DNA from: Lepidodermella squamata | Lineage: Eukaryota > Animalia > Gastrotricha | NCBI GenBank assembly: GCA_047495785.1 | Contig: JBLDXI010000064.1 | Span: 248,001-312,000, forward strand | Length of the DNA stretch: 64,000 bases | Reading direction: 5' to 3' | Part shown: piece by piece, positions 62,816 to 64,000 of the stretch | How the letters are laid out: each line of letters opens with the position of its first letter | How positions within the stretch are numbered: position 1 is the first letter of the stretch | Program-made: the position numbers and the translations under genes | Notes under the pieces: model-generated | The model's database searches: none | What the model was told of the DNA's origin: nothing | What the model saw: the letters and a program-made list of their open reading frames with translations, nothing else

Positions 62816-64000
62816 TCATTCAACATAGGTTTCGCACACTCCGTAGCCCAAACGATTGCCGCAAGGAAAAAATGCCATCAAAGATTGAATGACCCCGCAT
62901 TTAGTAACATCTTTCGGAGACTGAAACAGCGTTTGATTGAATGTGAGAGCCGAACCGTCTGACCATTTAAGGACGCCGGACTCTGGAGCAAGGCCCACCC
63001 AAGCGCTGTCGCCGTTGGGTGCAACGCTGCCAACCAGGGCAAGGTCGGCAGCCGTTTTGACAGTTGCCAAGATGCCATCCAGTTGCGAGCAATATAAAGC
63101 GGCATCCTGGTGATTTATCCCATCAACGCCATTGCCAACCGAGAACAGCTGCTTTCGAGCGTTTTGACACTTCGATTCGCTGCTGAACAGAACATTTGCA
63201 GGAAAACGTTTCTCAGTGTTGTCGCCACAGCCGCTTGAGCTCGGCCGGCAGGTTACTGAACCATCGGCAGTTAGCAGGCAGCGATGAAAAGTGGTCTAAT
63301 AAAAAGAAAATATCAATCATTTGCCTACGAGTTCGTCCCGCGGTAAATAGGGCGTATTATAGCGCAAAAAACTGAAGTTCAGAAGTTCATTTTTCGCACA
63401 AGGTTATAGAGCCAAACAGTTCACGCTGCCTGGTATACATTTTGTTTGAAGAAAATTTGAGTTATCAGCATAAGAAAAAGAAATGAGCCATAGCTTTTCT
63501 AGCTGCCCTACAACGGTGGTTTTAATCTGTTTACTAAATTGTGGGAATCTCAAAATCTCCAACACAATTATGTTGTTAAAAAAAACCGAAATTCAATTAC
63601 CAATCAAATCATACAAAATCACTAATAAACGGAAAATGGCTGATGATCCGTTTTAATTCATGGTACATCAACACGCGTTGAATTTTTCAAATTTCGAAAA
63701 CCTGAAATTTTCAAAGAAATAAACTCACCGGAGGCGATATATCAGTCATGCATTTGTCGTGATTCAGCTGAAAGGTGACCAAGTTTGAGAACAGCTTAAC
63801 CTGTTATAGAGAAGCAGTTGCTACCGGAAAATCCGTGCTTTTGGTTCAGCGTTACCCGAATTTGATTTAGGGGACAAGCGGCTTAGCAAGACTGACGGTT
63901 AGATGAATCTTTGCACGAAACGGCATTCTGACAACCGAGAGTAAATGCCCCAATTGCGAAAACAGAAGAATAACTACTTACTCCGAGCAGGCAAGCTGCG
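62816..64000 (-). CDS. 3' part of another Cys-repeat + C-type lectin-like gene (5' end beyond the window)
   Basis: Exons NAVSCKDSSNRQSC.., VKLFSNLVTFQLNHDKC.., last exon FHRCLLTADGSVTCRPSSSGC..WVGL..LKWSDGS..CG..C..GVCETYVE*. Confidence 0.8.

Noticed and set aside
1-64000. CRISPR array, rRNA, tRNA, diversity-generating retroelement
   Set aside because: No repeat-spacer array, structural RNA gene or reverse transcriptase was seen. The 99-bp periodicity is ankyrin coding sequence.

Overview
This is intron-rich, AT-rich eukaryotic (invertebrate animal) genomic DNA, not prokaryotic, so most ORF-track entries are exon fragments or noise. I rebuilt gene models by hand from splice signals. The window is a duplicated cluster of secreted-protein genes around one non-alpha nicotinic acetylcholine receptor subunit gene (9235-11797). 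(1) The main finding is that the apparently separate protease and ankyrin ORFs splice in frame into one gene type: signal peptide, trypsin-family serine protease, CCP, CCP, then a Cys-capped ankyrin-repeat array. There are two intact head-to-head copies (47537-53850 minus, about 1386 aa, 25 internal repeats; 55797-61078 plus, about 792 aa, 7 internal repeats), one pseudogene and one rearranged fragment. The repeats have a fixed framework, variable binding-face positions and signs of repeat shuffling. (2) About 12 genes, pseudogenes and fragments encode signal peptide plus an unfamiliar micro-exon-encoded 4-Cys repeat plus a C-terminal C-type lectin-like or LamG/pentraxin-like domain. (3) There is a large secreted PAN/discoidin/LamG mosaic protein gene and a decayed paralog. 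(4) A truncated Penelope-like retroelement with inverted terminal repeats carries two minimal hammerhead ribozymes, and there are many non-autonomous DNA transposons. The cluster looks like a birth-and-death recognition/defence locus, but that function is inference.
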